Below are positions 61,664 through 64,000 of a stretch of 64,000 nt of DNA, piece after piece. A model generated the notes under the pieces. The model did not search any database. It saw only the letters and a list, made by a program, of their open reading frames with translations, and was not told where the DNA came from. The stretch is from an uncultured Chlorobiaceae bacterium. Lineage in GTDB: Bacteria > Bacteroidota > Chlorobiia > Chlorobiales > Chlorobiaceae. How positions within the stretch are numbered: the first letter of the stretch is position 1; each line of letters begins with the position of its first letter. Made by a program: the position numbers and the translations under genes. The stretch covers positions 4,920 to 68,919 of the forward strand of contig CAIMPI010000042.1 in assembly GCA_903843305.1 (NCBI GenBank), given 5' to 3'.

Positions 61664-62511
61664 TCTGCAACAACGCCATAACTTCCGAGTATATAGACCA
61701 TAGTAGCGAATTCTCTGAGATGGTTGAGAGCATTGATAATATTCGGGTCGTTCTGGTGCCCGATAAAATCGACATAAAAAAGGTACTCAAACGCTTTTTT
61801 CCTGAAAGGTCTCGATTCGATTTTTGTGAGGTCGATATTGCGCATAGCAAATGTGGCCAGTGCCTTGAAAAGCGATCCCTGTTCGTTGGGAAGCGCAAAT
61901 GCAATGGAAGTTTTATACTGAGATGTATCCAGTTTTTTTGTCAGTTTCTGTAGATAATGAGGTTCAGGATTTACGGCATGAGTGATACAGAAAAACCGGG
62001 TAATGTTCCACTCTTCATCGGCCAGGTTTTCACGCAGTATTTCAAGTCCATAGAGTTCGCCAGCCCGTTTTGATGCTATAGCAAGCTTTGTTGGATCTTT
62101 TTCGGCGGCGATTATTTTTGCGCTGCCAGCAGTGTCATAAGCCACCTCGGCTTTGAGTCCCTTGTGGGCGGCAAAAAAATTTCGGCACTGAGCCAATGCC
62201 TGGGGGTGCGAGAGGACTTTCACTGCCGTTTCTATTGATGACCCGTGGATACCGAGCAGACAGTGTTCGACCTTGACAAAGGTTTCGGCTACAATAGTGA
62301 CTGGATGCTGGAGTAGAAGATCATAGTTTTGATGGATACTTCCGCCGAGTGAGTTTTCTATAGGAATTATCGCATAAGTGACCTTACGGCTTTCAACGGA
62401 CGTAAATACCTCTTCAAAGGATTCAAACGGTTCTGGCTTTCCGATCCTGAGCGCGGCGATTTCACTGTATGCTCCTGGTTCTCCCTGATAGGCAATCATC
62501 AAGTTTGTCAT
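61660..62511 (-). CDS. pheA: Prephenate dehydratase
   Basis: AYQGEPGAYSE, PIENSLGG, NITRFF and LTKIESRP motifs. Confidence 0.93.
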   Translation of the reverse strand: MTNLMIAYQGEPGAYSEIAALRIGKPEPFESFEEVFTSVESRKVTYAIIPIENSLGGSIHQNYDLLLQHPVTIVAETFVKVEHCLLGIHGSSIETAVKVLSHPQALAQCRNFFAAHKGLKAEVAYDTAGSAKIIAAEKDPTKLAIASKRAGELYGLEILRENLADEEWNITRFFCITHAVNPEPHYLQKLTKKLDTSQYKTSIAFALPNEQGSLFKALATFAMRNIDLTKIESRPFRKKAFEYLFYVDFIGHQNDPNIINALNHLREFATMVYILGSYGVVAE

Positions 62512-62628
62512 TGTTTTTTCTTGTTAGTAACTTGCACGAATGCAGTTGGATTTGATTTTATTTAAAGAAAATAAATCTATTATCATAGGCAGGGTGATTC
62601 AGGAATAATAATTTCAGCAGTTTTTGTT

Positions 62629-63381
62629 ATGTCAGGACATAGTAAATGGGCAACCATCAAAAGAAAAAAAGCCGTAACTGATCAAAAAAGAGGCAGTTTA
62701 TTTACCAAGCTGGTCAAGGAGATTACGATTGCCGCGAAAATGGGTGGAGGTGATCCATCCGGCAATCCTCGTCTCAGGCTTGCCATTGATACGGCAAGAG
62801 ACAACTCCATGCCGATGGATAATATCCAGCGTGCGGTCAAGAAGGGAACAGGTGAGCTTGAGGGTGTCATCTGGGATGAGATTACTTATGAAGGGTATGG
62901 TCCTGCAGGGATAGCTCTTATTATTGAGACTGCAACGGACAATCGTAACCGGACTGTTGCTGATCTCCGTCACATTATGAGTCGAAATAATGGTTCGTTA
63001 GGTGAAAGTGGTAGTGTTGCCTGGATGTTTCAGCGCAAGGGCTCCTTTGAAGTATCCAGGTCGGCTGCTAGTGAGGATCTTCTGATGGAGCTGCTGTTGG
63101 ATGCTGGTCTTGAAGCTCTTAACGGCGATGATGAGAACTATTTTACTGTCATAACTGATATAAAGGATCTTGAAACGGCAAAGAGAGTACTTGATGAGGC
63201 TGGTATAGATTATGAGAATGCAAAGATTGATCTTGTCCCGGAGAATTATATTGTGCTTGAAGCAGATGATGCACGGAAAGTGATCAAGCTCATAGATGCG
63301 CTTGAGAGTAATGATGATGTGCAGGTGGTCTACAGTAATATGGAGATCAGTGAAAGTGCTATGAACAGCTTAAACGAGTAG
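62629..63381 (+). CDS. yebC: YebC/PmpR-family protein
   Basis: [20 protein letters not shown] and TDNRNRT motifs. Confidence 0.96.
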   Translation: MSGHSKWATIKRKKAVTDQKRGSLFTKLVKEITIAAKMGGGDPSGNPRLRLAIDTARDNSMPMDNIQRAVKKGTGELEGVIWDEITYEGYGPAGIALIIETATDNRNRTVADLRHIMSRNNGSLGESGSVAWMFQRKGSFEVSRSAASEDLLMELLLDAGLEALNGDDENYFTVITDIKDLETAKRVLDEAGIDYENAKIDLVPENYIVLEADDARKVIKLIDALESNDDVQVVYSNMEISESAMNSLNE

Positions 63382-63384
63382 AGT

Positions 63385-63951
63385 ATGGTTGTTCTCGGGA
63401 TTGATCCGGGAAGTCTTAATACCGGCTATGGTGTCATCCGTCATGACTCTCAAGGTTTTTGTGTTCTGGTATGCGGTATTATCCGGCTTCATTCTGGTAA
63501 AAGTCACCCGGAGCGAATCGGCGAGATATGTCGTGAGCTTGAGCAGGTGATTGTTGACTTTCAGCCTGAACGGGTGGCTCTTGAAACTGCTTTTTTAAGC
63601 AGAAATGTGCAGTCGGCACTGAAGCTTGGGCAGGTACGGGGTGCTGTTATTGCGCTTGCAATGAGGCGATGCCTTCCCTTACATGAATATGCGCCCCGCG
63701 AGGTGAAATCGGCGATAACAGGGGTGGGGGCGGCAAGAAAGGAGCAGGTTGCGTTTATGGTTGCAAGAATGCTTTGTCTTAACTCGGAGCCAAAACCTTA
63801 TGATGTTACCGATGCTCTTGGTATTGCGCTGTGTGATTTACTCAGGGGCGATAGTCGGAAGCAGTTCCTGTCTGTGAGGAAGGGTAAAAAGGGAGGAAGG
63901 AGCTGGTCTCAGTTTGTCAGCGCCTCGCCATCCGATATGGTCATTAAGTAG
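63385..63951 (+). CDS. ruvC: Holliday junction resolvase RuvC
   Basis: [20 protein letters not shown] and DVTDALGIA motifs. Confidence 0.95.
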   Translation: MVVLGIDPGSLNTGYGVIRHDSQGFCVLVCGIIRLHSGKSHPERIGEICRELEQVIVDFQPERVALETAFLSRNVQSALKLGQVRGAVIALAMRRCLPLHEYAPREVKSAITGVGAARKEQVAFMVARMLCLNSEPKPYDVTDALGIALCDLLRGDSRKQFLSVRKGKKGGRSWSQFVSASPSDMVIK

Positions 63952-64000
63952 TTTTGGGCAGCGAAAGAAGTAATTGCTTGTTTTACAAAGAGCTGGATCT

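Overview
Bacterial chromosome segment, most likely from a green sulfur bacterium (Chlorobiaceae). This is inferred from protein similarity recalled from memory, not from a search. Housekeeping genes flank the window: thrA 3' end, cinA, mutL, tRNA-Arg(CCT), mtgA, rubredoxin and recQ on the left; an MFS transporter, uvrA, ppdK, lpxK, purD, an N-terminal-half carB, trpC, rpe, a BamA/TamA-family gene, polA, pheA, yebC and ruvC on the right. Between them lies a ~33-kb mosaic surface-polysaccharide locus (6955-39960). It encodes SLBB export and Wzz-like proteins, a WecA-like initiator, UDP-uronic acid enzymes, a MurJ-type flippase, an EpsG-like polymerase, glycosyltransferases, methyltransferases, AsnB, fcl/gmd and UpxY. 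Inside it (about 25.7-36.4 kb) is a rearranged accessory island with two transglutaminase-like genes, two phage small-terminase-like orphans, a duplicated fcl-gmd' junction cut by REP-like repeats, an Rpn-family nuclease with a probable internal antitoxin start, several toxin-antitoxin genes, a three-part chimeric scar, an orphan cysNC and a three-repeat outer-membrane protein. Two small metal-binding-type ORFs missing from the ORF track were found by hand translation: a rubredoxin and a HiPIP-like 4-Cys protein.
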